A stretch of 64,000 nt of DNA from Narcine bancroftii (taxonomy: Eukaryota). Each line of letters starts with the position of its first letter. Position 1 is the stretch's first letter. Location: the NCBI RefSeq assembly GCF_036971445.1, contig NC_091482.1, positions 23,994,001-24,058,000 on the forward strand. Reading direction: 5' to 3'. The notes below the pieces were generated by a model. That model did not search any database and had not been told where the DNA came from. It was given only the letters and a program-made list of their open reading frames with translations. This document shows positions 52,216 to 63,664 of the stretch, in pieces. A program made the position numbers and the translations under genes.

Positions 52216-53993
52216 ATCCACCCTTTTTCTTTAGCTACGCTTAGTAAATCCCCATTCGGTAGTGTTCTGTTAAGCTTGGTCCTTTTCCCAGCGAGTGAGT
52301 AAACGAACTGCGGCCTTAGCATCATCAGACGGGTTGTAGTGACCTGCCGAAGGGCCCGTTGAATTAAACACTGCACACAAGGCATTAGGCAGGGAATTAT
52401 TATGAGGGCTAAAACAAAAAGCCCAGCTGCTATAAGGGCTGTGTGTATCCAACTCCAGTCACCAGTAAGAAGTTTAGTCCACCACATACCAGACCAAGGA
52501 TGCCAAGTCTGGACCGGGACATGGGAAAGTTTTCGAATTCCTGTAGAAATATTTTTTACTGCCTGGCCATTGTCATCAATTTTCAAACAACAATTGGTAA
52601 GGTTCAATTTTCCACAGACACCGCCTTCAGCAGCCAACAAGTAATCAAGGGCCAGTCGATTTTGATAAACTGTAGCACGTATCTGTTGCTGCTCATCAGC
52701 CAATAAATCTAAGGCTGTCGCTGTCTGATTAGTAATAATCTCCAAAACTGCCTGGAGTCTGATCAAAGGATTTAACATATAAATGGGGGTTCGATATCCC
52801 CATGATCCATCCTGAGCCCAAGTAGCAGGGCCATAATATGAAATAATATGTTCAGGGGGCCAGTCATCACCCCAATCTCCAATTTTGAGCTCTCTCTTTG
52901 CACGAGTATCCTGAGGTGATTGTGGAATCAGGTGCATGTATACTTTGGTGGAAAGGTGATGGTCGGCCTGCAAAGGCAGTAAGACAAATTGAGGTTGAAT
53001 GATTCCAATACAACAAGTGCCGCTCCAGTCAGGTTCTAAAAAAGTATAAGCCATATTCCCACAAATCCAATATAAACCCTCTGGTGCATATCCATGTGGG
53101 ATAGTCTGGTTCCAGATCTGCCGAAGTGAAGGTATGCCCCGGTAAGGATTGTTACCTGAACAGTTCCATATGTCAGTGGTGTCATTCATACTTTCATAAA
53201 GCACACAATCCGAATCTCTTTTCATAGAGAAATACCAGGTAGGGGTTGCGGGATGCCAAACAGCTGTAGTATTCTTGAGCAGCTTAAGTCGTTTACAACT
53301 TGAATCCCCCTTATAGTGACGGCCTTCACCCTTCCGGATACATTCGTCACCCAATGGGTGATTTGCAAGATGCCAAGCTTGGGAGGGGCGTTCAATTTTA
53401 TTCGTTGTACCATTAAAGCGTAGAAGTTGCCATATGTCCAAAGGCTCACCTTGCCAGGGCCAGGTACCATCTCTAGTTGGACCTCCGCAAATCCAACAAT
53501 TCTTCAACTCCAGCAAATCAGCTGTTTGTTGACTCAAATCTACCCACTTATTGTCACCCAACCGGTGAGTAGCAGCCTGTCTGCGAGCATTAGCATATAT
53601 ATCCCCTTTATTCCTACTCCATTTATAGCCCTGACTAATGTCTTGCTTGTAATTCTCCCACCATCTCCTCTGTACCATATTTTTAGCACTTGTCTTTCTA
53701 ATACCTGTAGAGGCCGGGATACAGACCCAAGCCACTCCCCTAGGACAGTTTTGCTTCCCTGGTCCATGTTGGGATCCTAGATTAAACCATACCAAATAAG
53801 GTACCCCACTGTGAATGCACTTCCTACCTGTGCCCTGTCTGCATTCTAAAGGTAAACTTGTCCATTCTTCAAAGTAACTATCACCTCTGCTGCCCCTATT
53901 CCAGGAGGGCTTAATACATAGTGTACAGTTAGGTAGTTTCCCAAAAATTGGGAACCAGCAGGAAAACAATTCCGCAAATAGTAAAAATAACAT
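52194..53993 (-). CDS. env: retroviral envelope, uninterrupted 599-aa ORF, ERV3/HERV-I-like
   Basis: hydrophobic N-terminus, CWIC, furin site RAKR, YYGPATWAQDGSWGYRTPIYML, ISD YQNRLALDYLLAAEGGVC, CX7CC, TM helix, cytoplasmic tail. Confidence 0.9.
   Translation of the reverse strand: MLFLLFAELFSCWFPIFGKLPNCTLCIKPSWNRGSRGDSYFEEWTSLPLECRQGTGRKCIHSGVPYLVWFNLGSQHGPGKQNCPRGVAWVCIPASTGIRKTSAKNMVQRRWWENYKQDISQGYKWSRNKGDIYANARRQAATHRLGDNKWVDLSQQTADLLELKNCWICGGPTRDGTWPWQGEPLDIWQLLRFNGTTNKIERPSQAWHLANHPLGDECIRKGEGRHYKGDSSCKRLKLLKNTTAVWHPATPTWYFSMKRDSDCVLYESMNDTTDIWNCSGNNPYRGIPSLRQIWNQTIPHGYAPEGLYWICGNMAYTFLEPDWSGTCCIGIIQPQFVLLPLQADHHLSTKVYMHLIPQSPQDTRAKRELKIGDWGDDWPPEHIISYYGPATWAQDGSWGYRTPIYMLNPLIRLQAVLEIITNQTATALDLLADEQQQIRATVYQNRLALDYLLAAEGGVCGKLNLTNCCLKIDDNGQAVKNISTGIRKLSHVPVQTWHPWSGMWWTKLLTGDWSWIHTALIAAGLFVLALIIIPCLMPCVQCLIQRALRQVTTTRLMMLRPQFVYSLAGKRTKLNRTLPNGDLLSVAKEKGWIVRDTGM
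52218..52232 (-). other. polypurine tract
   Basis: AAAGAAAAAGGGTGG-AT immediately before the 3' LTR TGTAA. Confidence 0.85.
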
Positions 53994-56900
53994 TATAACA
54001 ATTTTTTTCAGCGGAGCGTGACTTTCAGACCAGAAGGATGCGAGACTGCATGCCAGGTAGAGGGGATATTGTCAACGTCTTTAATCTGTGGATTAGCATG
54101 CTTAATACGTTGCACGTAAGTCCATCCCTTTTCTTTTGTTCGTACTGCAGTGTCTGTAATCAAAAGTACACAATAAGGGCCGTTCCATATAGGTTCTAGT
54201 TTATGGTCTTGCCACGCTTGTACATATACCCAATCACCAGCTTTAATGGAATGAATGGGATAGTCCAAGGGTGGGGTTTGAGCTAATAATCCCTTCTGTT
54301 TTAAGTCATTCAAAGAAGTGGAAAGCCCCTGTAAATATTTAGATATATATTGGTCGTTAGCCTCAGGGGTAGGGGAATCGGTGTGGAAGCCCATGTAGGG
54401 AAGAACGAACATCATCTCATATGGTGAGACAGCAAGGTCCTTACGAGGAGCTGTGCGAATCCTGATTAAAGCTAAAAGTAAGCATTTAATCCAGGAGAGG
54501 CCAGTTTCCTCATAAAGTCGAATGAGTTGATTTTTCAGGGTCTGATTCATCCGCTTGACACGACCTGAACTCTGGGGGTGCCATGGGGTGTGTAACTGCC
54601 AATCAATTCCCAAGATTTTACACACCCCCTGGAGTACCTGAGAGGTAAAATGTGTACCTCGATCTGAGTCAATGGTTTGAACAATGCAGTAACGCGGAAT
54701 AATAACCTCTAGTAATATCCGGATAACGGTGCTAGCACGATCATTAGGGGTCGGGAAAGCCTCAACCCATCGAGTAAAATGATCCACCATTACCAGGAGA
54801 TATTTATAAACCCCTATCTTAGGTAATTCCGTGAAGTCAATCTGTATTCGTTGAAACGGGCGTACGGCTATATCGCGACCCCCAGGCATTGCCTGGCGCA
54901 TTACTTTCTTATTTACTCGCTGACAAATTGGACATCCCCGAGTACTTTGTTTGGCTATGGCATATATCCCAGAACAATTAAAGGACCATACAAAGGCATC
55001 AACCAGTGCCTGCGTCCCCCAGTGTGTCTGCTGGTGGAGCTGATCAATAATTTGACGAGCCAAGGCCTTATTCAGGACTTGGCGTCCCTCTGCCGTCCAC
55101 CATAACCCATTTGCAGTATGAAAATATAAACCTCCTCTTCCTGTGAAAAGATGGGAGTCTTTTGAATCTCATGTGGGGTAGAGAGTAACAGTTGCATGTT
55201 TATTATTTCTGCGAGTGCAGCCTGTTTAGCAACTTCATCTGCTCGTCTGTTCCCCAGGGCTTCAGGACTGTCAATAATTTGATGGCCCCGTACATGAACT
55301 ACAGCTGTCTCCTCAGGTAACATAAGAGCATCTAAGGATTGAACAATTAAGTTCTCATGGTTCAATTTTTGTCCTTTCCCAGTTATCATTCCCCGCTCTT
55401 TCCAAATCTTTCCGAAGGTGTGTACTACACCAAAAGCATACTTGGAGTCGGTATAGATTGTGCCCACCTTTCCCTCTAGACCCTGAAGAGCTCTACAGAG
55501 AGCATACAATTCACAGGATTGGGCTGACCAAGTACCAGGGAGACGACCGGCCTCAATCACAACTCCTTCATTCCCGTCCACTATACTATACCCGCTATAA
55601 CGAATGCCGTCAAGGCAGCGGAAAGATCCATCAATAAACCATCTTTCACCCTCTTGTGAAGGTTCATCACTTAAATCGTCTCTAGTTTTAGTCTGTAAAT
55701 CTATCACTTCTAAACATACATGCTCTAAATCATCAGGGACAGGATCAGAATCTGGAGAAACCAAGAAGGCGGCTGGATTCTGATCTTTATTTGTAACCAG
55801 TGTCAAATCATCCCTATCCATAAGGATTGCTTCATACTTCAAAATCCTGGAATCAGTAAGCCACCTTCCGGCACGTTGTAAGAGAATGGTGCGGACTGTG
55901 TGAGGGGTGTGAACTACCATCGGGGCCCCAAACGTAATTTTTCGTCCTTCCTCTACTAAAATAGCAGTGGCTGCAATAGCTTGCACGCATTCTGGCCAAC
56001 CACGACAAACAGGATCTAAAACCTTTGATAGAAAGGCAACTGGTTGTCTAAAGCCTGCCCGCTCTTGTGTTAATACTCCCATGGCCACACCGTCTTTCAC
56101 ATTGGTATATAGGTCAAATGGTTTGTTTAAATCAGGTAAGGCCAAAACCGGGGCACTAACAAGGCACTGTTTCACCAAGGTAAAATCTTTAATCTCCTCC
56201 TCTGACAAGACAACAGGCTTGCCCCCTAGAGTCACAAGTTTATCATAAAGAAATTTGACCAGGCTAGAATAATTCTCAATCCAAATTCTACAGTATCCCA
56301 CTAGACCAAGGAATTTCCTAAGTTCTTGGGCATTTCTTGGAAGCGGGACCTGCAAAATACCACGTATTCTCTCTGGACTTATCTTCCTAATTCCTTGACT
56401 AACCAAATGACCTAAATATTTAACTTCAGATTGAACAAATTGCAACTTCGATTCGCTCACTCTAAGACCTTTCTTCCCCAGAATATTCAACAAATCAACC
56501 GTGTATTGTTTAACCGAATCATAAATTTCCTCCGTGATTAATAAATCATCAACATATTGTAGTAATTGACAATCCTCTCTCCGAGGGGCCTCATCTAATA
56601 CTTGTTCCAAAACTTGGCCAAACAAATTTGGTGATTCAGTAAAACCCTGGGGAAGAACCGTCCACTGGTATTGATTTTTTCGTCCTGTAAAAGGATTTTC
56701 CCACTCAAATGCAAACATGTCCCTACTGTCGATTGCCAAAGGGCAGGTCCAGAAGGCATCTTTGAGATCAATTACACTGAACCACTTACTATGGGGATCA
56801 ATCTTACCCATCAACGTTTAAGGGTTAGGTACAACCGGGTAACGGGTGAGAATAATTTTGTTTAACTCTCTCAAATCTTGTACTAATCGATATGTACCGT

Positions 56901-57522
56901 CTGGTTTTTGGACAGGTAAAATTGGAGTATTAAAAGGTGACATCCAGGGTTCGAGTATACCTTCTTTCACTAATTGGTCAATTATTGGCTGCAGCCCCTT
57001 TCGGCCAGCCATAGGAATCGGATACGGTTTTCATCGAACTACCTGGTCGGGGTCCTTTAGAGTAACTTGCAGGGGAGGAACATCTAACCCTCCTCTATTT
57101 CCTTTTTTCGCCCATACTCTAGGATTTATTATTTTCCGATCCTCCTCTGTCAGCACATAAAATTGAACCCCGATACCTGATCCCTGTGGTCTGGTACCGA
57201 TAGCCAATTGGTCCTGTAAATCACGTCCCATCAAGCAAACCCCAGCTTGGGGAATTAATAAAATATCCTCGGTTACAATTTTTCCTCCCATTTGTATCTT
57301 TACATTCTTTAATTTAGGGACCGCAAAATCTCTCCCCACCACCCCCGAAATCATCACCGTCCCTTCTGTAGTAACACCCTCTGGCCATCGTACAATGCTA
57401 GACCGGGCTGCCCCAGTGTCTACTAGGAAAGTCATGTTGTCACCGTGGGGTCCTACACTTAAATTTACCAATGGTTCTCCGTGCAGCCCCACAGTGTGTA
57501 TTGACTGAGAACCGTGACCTCC
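53993..57522 (-). pseudogene. pol: ERV pro-pol (protease, RT, RNase H, integrase), disrupted
   Basis: LVDTGA, LPQG, YVDD, YTDS, HHCC and D..D motifs. In-frame stops at 57031, 56818 and 54008; frameshift near 55100; integrase catalytic E replaced by K (GRVKRMN). Confidence 0.93.
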
Positions 57523-59245
57523 CTATTCATGATCTGCCTCCATCAATACGTAAGATCGTGTCTCCCTGGCCCGCATCGGGCATTCCCTCTTAAAGTGTCC
57601 CTCCTTTGTACAGTAGTAGCAAACTAATGCTCCTGTCTCCCAATTCCTGCCAGGGTGTCCATGGGGTCCCGGGAACGGTCGCCGTCCACGGAATTCTCCT
57701 CTACCTCTGCCCTGGTCTCTACTTCCCCACTCCCGGCGCTCCTCCCAACATCCAGGAGCTGACACACGGCTCCTAACACTTCCTTGCTTTCCATCCATAA
57801 CTTCCTTTACTGCCTGCATCAAAATCTTAGCCTTTCCTTTCTGTTTTTCTTCAGACCTCTGGACGTATGCATTTTGTGAAATTTGCAAAAGCTGTGATAT
57901 TCCCTGTCCATGCCAATCCTCTATCTTTTGTAATTTCTTCCTGATATCTGGGGCTGAATTAGTAACAAAACCTGTCAATACCAACTGTTCACCTGCTGGG
58001 GATTCTATATCCAGCCCCGCATATTGCTGTATGGCCACACGTAATCTAGTCAGAAATGCCGAGGGGGTCTCCTCGGGGCCTTGGGGAACCTCAAATGCCT
58101 TCTTAAAGTTCTGTCCTTTTGGAACAGACTCCTTTATTCCTCTTATTAGATTAACCCTGAACTCATCCATTCGCGTGCGGCCATCATTAGTAGTTTTATC
58201 CCAATTTGGGTTTACTAGGGGAAATTTAGTTTCTCCCTGACCCCCCTTGGTGTTCCCTATCCCAGACTCTGATCCCTGCCCGGCGGATCATTCCACCCTC
58301 ATCCAAAGTAAATAGGGTCTTAAAGATCGACATTAATTCATCCCAGGTATATATATTAGGCCCCAGAAATTGATCTAATTGTTCTGCACATCCCTGAGGA
58401 TCTTCTAACAGAGAGGTAATTTCCTTCTTAAAATTGCGCACCTCAGTACTAGTCAAAGGCACATTCACAAATCCTAGACCCCCTGCATCCCCTCCCAAGG
58501 GAACCTCTCGTAGAGGTCTCATCCAATTAGTTTCTGTCTTATCTCCTCCTCTATGATGTTTAGGTTCCTGCTCTCTGGGAGACAAATCAAAGAGTCCTGC
58601 CCCTTCCTCCTGAAGGGCCTCACACTGTTCTTCTGAATGACCCTCACAATCAAAGTCTCCTCCCTCTCGTGTCAGTTGAGGCGGTAATCTTGCACTCTGT
58701 GAGCGAGTCATCATACCGCTCCTACTTTCTCCTTCTTTCTTTAACTGGGGAGGAGGAGGGGAAGGTAAAGAAGGGTAAAGTGTAGGGGAGGGGGAAGGAA
58801 TGGGAGCCAGCACAGGGGAAACATAAGATGGAGGAAGGGAATGTAACACATCCCATCCTTTTATTTCGGGGGCAGAAGGCTCCTCATCCTTCTTATTTTT
58901 AAATTCCTTCTCGTTCAAAATCATCTGATCAGACGATCCACTAAGCCAACAGGCGGCATATTCTCTACTCTCGGTATTATCCCCTTGATTTTGGTAGAGC
59001 CAGATGTTCAATGCCTGACACATCCAGTCCTCGTCGGATCTGAACTTTGGCCAATATACCGAACTCCCCTTTATCGGATTCTTAACCCATTCCTGAGAAC
59101 AATACCTGACCATGGTCTGCTTATCCTTCTCACGGGATTTCCCCGCACCCCAATTGGACAACATTAATCCTAACGGACTATGTTTCGGTATCTTATCCCC
59201 CTTTCTTACTTCAGGACTTTTTCCCTTGCTACTTCCTCCTCCCAT
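57523..59245 (-). pseudogene. gag: ERV gag, frameshifted near 58230
   Basis: MGGGSS myristoylation start; PSAP and LYPSL late domains; MHR-like QGPEETPSAFLTRL; one zinc knuckle CYYCTKEGHFKREC; ends in TAG. Confidence 0.92.
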
Positions 59246-59457
59246 ATTGGCAGGAAAATAAAATTCCTCTTACCAGAGTCCAGTAGCTATTCCCAGCGCG
59301 CTTCCTCAACGTCCTCCCGTCGTTTGTTCTCAATGCCTCTTCTCGGATATCACTCGCTTCGTCCACTGACCATCTACCCGTCTTCCGGAAGTCCAGCTGT
59401 ATCAGCCGGGGTGCACCTACCCCCGTAGCCAGGTGCTCTGTCAGTGGAGGGGGTGCG

Positions 59458-59475
59458 ATCCCGGACGAGCCCCCA
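59458..59475 (-). other. primer binding site, tRNA-Pro
   Basis: TGGGGGCTCGTCCGGGAT, 2 nt after the 5' LTR; same as the MLV PBS-Pro. Confidence 0.95.
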
Positions 59476-59477
59476 TT

Positions 59478-60104
59478 TGTGAGAAGCAGAAATACCTTCA
59501 CTGAATTTGCTCGAGACAAAAGTTGAGAACAAAGAACTTTTATTATACTATTACAACAATGCAAAGTTGGGTGCTTCCCCTTACCCTGGGAATACACACA
59601 GATACTGAGGCTGACCTAACTTTTATACATTTCATTTCAGTGCAGAGATACCTTCCCCCTAACATTCTTCTGCCTCCTGGATTGGTTTAGCATTAGGTCA
59701 TTCTGCCCACGTGGATTCTAACTTCTTATCAGTTTATGTGCCTTCCTGCAAACTTGTTAGCCAGGAAATATCATGTCTTTGTTCTTTACTCATTAATCAA
59801 TCCCCAAGACTTGCTAAAGCTATTTACTTGCTATCCTGTTTTGAAGATCCTTATTTTATTATACCTTCCTCCCATTCCAGCATCCCTTCACCTTGATTTA
59901 ACCCATACTTCATTTCTAATGAGCACTTGCTTGACTCCTCACATTCCTGCATCCCTTCACCCTGATTTAACCCATAATACTTCATTTCTAATGAGCACTT
60001 GCTTGACTCCTCCCATTCCTGCATCCCTTCACCCTGATTTAACCCATAATACTTCATTCTTAATGAGCACTTGCTTGACTCCTCACATTCCAGTATCCCT
60101 TACA
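59478..60104 (-). mobile_element. ERV 5' LTR (627 bp)
   Basis: direct repeat of 51566-52215; minus-strand TATAAAA and AATAAA; 69/72-bp U3 repeats. Confidence 0.92.
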
Positions 60105-60224
60105 AGTGGATGAGCAATTTGCTTCATTTCTGCCTCAATCCCTAATCATTGCAACAACAGCAACTTAAAATGTGGACAAATGAACTCTTTCTGGGAGTAC
60201 AAGTGCAAAAACCTAGTCAGGGGA

Positions 60225-60680
60225 GAAACTGGTTCGCGCTCATGGTGTTGACTGACAGCTCTCCGGTTGCCATGGCGAGGGGAGCGGGGTCAAGGCTTCC
60301 TCGGGCCAATTCGCCCCGCCCGCCCGCCGGCGCATGCGCACAGCCCGCCGTGGCGGGGCGAATGTCACCTCCACAGCAAGATGGCGGCGAGCGTGGTGAC
60401 GGGGGCTCGGAGGGCGGCAGGCCGGGCTCGGAGCGAATACCGCGCTCGCTCTTGGGATGCTGCGTGGGCAGTGACCAGGTCAGTGCACGAAATGGTTCGC
60501 AGCCCCCCTGCGGCGAAGCCTGGCGGGAGCCGCGCAAACTGAGCGGAAGTTTGCCAGCAGGCCCCTTTCGGTCAAATGGCAGGGTAAATACCGTTCGCCC
60601 ACAAGGTCGTCGGCTGAAATGCTCGGACTCCACGGGCACCTGGGTGTGCCGAGCCCACCCCACCGACCGTTGGCTGTTTT
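60225..60680 (+). promoter_or_regulatory. CpG-island housekeeping promoter
   Basis: CCAAT at 60306, GC boxes at 60312-60328, NRF1 GCGCATGCGCA at 60330-60340, YY1-type AAGATGGCGGC over the ATG. Confidence 0.8.
60381..60478 (+). CDS. NIPSNAP2: probable first coding exon of NIPSNAP2/GBAS (Arg/Ala-rich, mitochondrial-presequence-like)
   Basis: aagATGG start, MAASVVTGARRAAGRARSEYRARSWDAAWAVT-AG|gtcagt, phase 2. Identity rests on the known MRPS17-NIPSNAP2 adjacency, not on a conserved domain. Confidence 0.55.
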
Positions 60681-60900
60681 CAGGCTCTATTTCCAAGTTT
60701 CTTCTTTAAAAGAAGGGGGAACTGGGGATTTCATGGCGTCAAGGTCATTTACTTCTTGTTGGGGCTCTCCAGGGCATCTAATGCAGGTCCAGTCTGAGAA
60801 AGAAAATGATTCCAGTAGAGTGTTTTTAAAAATGCAACGAACAGGATCTAGGATTAGATAGTAAGGAAGTTCTCAACATCAAATCTTTCATGTTTAGTAG

Positions 60901-61792
60901 TGTTAAGAGCCCAGAGGACCCCAAAACCCAACAGCAGGAGATCTTCACTAAAGTTCCTTTTGAACCTTCAACTTATCTATTATTAGCTTAACCCCCCCCC
61001 CCCCCACACTTCTAATCCTAAGTGCGCGTGCAAGTTCAGAAAAGTTCTATGGCTCACAGTCCAATCTCATTTCCTCCCCCCCCCCGCCCCCCCAAAGTTT
61101 ACTGGTTGCAGGTAATTCTTGTACTGTGCACAGAATCTAGCATGTATAAAGTTCACCAGGCTTTGGTGCTCGAAAGGTAAATGGTTACCGCTCAGGAAGG
61201 TTCTTGATGGTTTTCAGAGAGAGTTGTTCCAGGACATCCATCAGTCACCTCAGTGTCTTGCTGACAAAACTTGTCCCATCGGGGTCCTCCAGATGATAAC
61301 CTCTTTCTTTTAGGTCACCACAGAGTTCCTTTTTGATTCCCTTATTCCAAGTGAAACATTAGACAGCCGGTCCTCTCCTCTTGCATGAACCACAAGGGCT
61401 CTAATCAGGCTGTCTTCCAAAAGCTTGCCAGCTTTTCCTGTTTCAGTCCCAGCAACTTCTGCCAACTTATCTCTGTATGTGTGCCTCTCTCTCTCAGACT
61501 GACAGCCTGTTTGACTCTCTCTGCTTGCAAAACTACATGACCCTCTTAACAACAGCAAGTCTCCTGCAGACAATAGTGGAGCCAGCATTCTCTTTCATCT
61601 GTTGCTTTTGGGTAAACAAGAATCCATTAGTGATGTCCCTTGAGCACACTTCAAAGCTCTTGCAAAAAGGTGTGAGAAGCCACTATGGCAATAGTATTTC
61701 AAATAAGATCTGTTTTAGTGTTTGCATGTGACCTACTCTAACAAACCTTTCCCAATTTATCTCCCAGAAACATTTCTATATACTCTGTCACA
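60901..61792. mobile_element. possible solo LTR
   Basis: TGTTAAG...TGTCACA termini; near-TSD GTAG/GTAT; composition differs from the flanks. Confidence 0.4.
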
Positions 61793-63664
61793 GTATATTT
61801 TAAAAATTAATACCTAAAGACATCCATATAATTTTGCTGTTCTGAAGTGTGTAGTAGTACAATACTTTTGAAGTGTAGTCACATAATTTATGAAGTTTAC
61901 AGCTCTAATGACATTGTTGAGATGACATTTTTTTAAACTAAAGTTGATTATTGGTAAGAACATGAGCTCACCTCCTATTCTTCAAAATAGTGCTATAAAA
62001 CCTTTGACTACTTAAGAGAGGAATTGAAGCCTTAGTTTAACATGCCCTATGGCTTAATATTTCTAACAGTATAACATTCCCCAGGTACTGCAACAGAATA
62101 TTACCCCAGACTTTGATGTTCAGTTTTGTTTGTAATTGCAACCAACATTTGTAACTTTAACTGTATAATTAATTAGGCAAGTAAAAAAGATGGTTTGTTT
62201 GATGCTATATGTTAGTGGTGTGGAATGGGTAAATTTGATCTGTTCTATGTTCATGACTGTCTCCTCTGATGTGGCTATTTAACAGAGAAGGTGCATTACC
62301 TCTTCATTTTTGTAGAAATTAATCGATAAGGCAATATTGAAAAAAAGGCTACAGTGGGTTCCAGAAAAAAAACCAAATGTCAGAGAAAGACCTCAATAAA
62401 TATAAATTGTATAAGACATAGCATACTATAGAATACAATGGTGTTGGATAAGTATTTTGTGCAAATTCTCTTTCCTGTGTTCCAATGGATTCAATACTCC
62501 ATCTAATAATACCCATTCTTTCTTTTATCCTGAGCGATATATTTCATGTTGCCCTCATTTGTTATCATTTTTCCAATCATAAGGGCTTTATATTTGGCCA
62601 CATTAAATCTTACTTGTTAAGCCTAATTCCCTTGCTTGTATCTGTTTTTCTAAATTTGAATTGCTTATTTCCCATTGTTGGCAGTTCCCCACTCATCTTC
62701 CATCTTTTCAGTATATTGCCACATAAAGTGTAGCTTGTTGAGCCTAACATTCTATGATGCTGTTATAGGAGCATTATTAAAACAAGTTTATGTGGGGCCA
62801 CACGTGATGGAAGATGATGTGTAGCCTGCTAAAATAGTGTGAATTACCACGTTTAAAGGATGAAAGAGAACGGAAGTGTCAGTTATGTTTAGAGAAGGGA
62901 TTCCATTGCTTAGGATCTCAGATGATCAAATAAATTTGGGAAGGAGGAAAATGAATAAGGTATGAATATCTAAAGATTAAAGGACAGGATGAAAATAAGA
63001 GGGAAGACCATGGAAAAATTTTGAATTGATGATGAAAATTGTAACTAGTTCATTGGGGAATTCTGTACAAGTCACTAGGCACAAGGATAAAGGATGAATA
63101 CTTTATAATAATAATAATAATAATAAGGTTTATTATGATCAGCTGAGTCTTGACAATGGTAGAATGAAAAGAGTTCACTAGGAATGCTTTGGAATAGTTG
63201 AGTCAAGAATCCACAAAGGGCGTGATAGGATGAGCACAGCCAGGGATGAAGTTGGATAATATTGTAAAAGAGGTATAGGCCTAACCTATATGATCTGAAG
63301 AATAGTTCATGGACAGTATTGGTTCAGTTCCAGGAAATTGTCTAATAGAGGAATGGAATCAGTGGTTAGGAAACTGAGTTTTGAGATTGAGATGAAAATC
63401 ACATGACTGTGAAACCATAGAGAACAAGAGATATGGCCATAATTCCTTGAGTAAATTTTTTATTTCATTTGAATAAACAGTAAATATCAAAGATATTAAA
63501 TTGGTGGAACAAAGTAAGATGCCCAGTGGGTAGCAAAGAAAAATAAAAAGATGATGTATTGCAGTGAGACATCACTTTGTGGCAAGGTGTCTATTTTATC
63601 AGCCATGTTTTGACAAGATCAAGGTGTTAATGGATTATCCATTATCAATTCATGAATGGTGAGA

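Larger units (their letters stand above)
51566..60104 (-). mobile_element. full-length class I (gamma-like, ERV3/HERV-I-like env) endogenous retrovirus
   Basis: LTR-PBS-gag-pro-pol-env-PPT-LTR in order; TG...CA LTR termini. Confidence 0.96.

Noticed and set aside
51595-52302. Plus-strand ORFs in the LTRs (also 59736-60113) as accessory genes
   Set aside because: They are antisense products of the 72-bp repeat, with no recognisable domain, and differ between the two LTRs.
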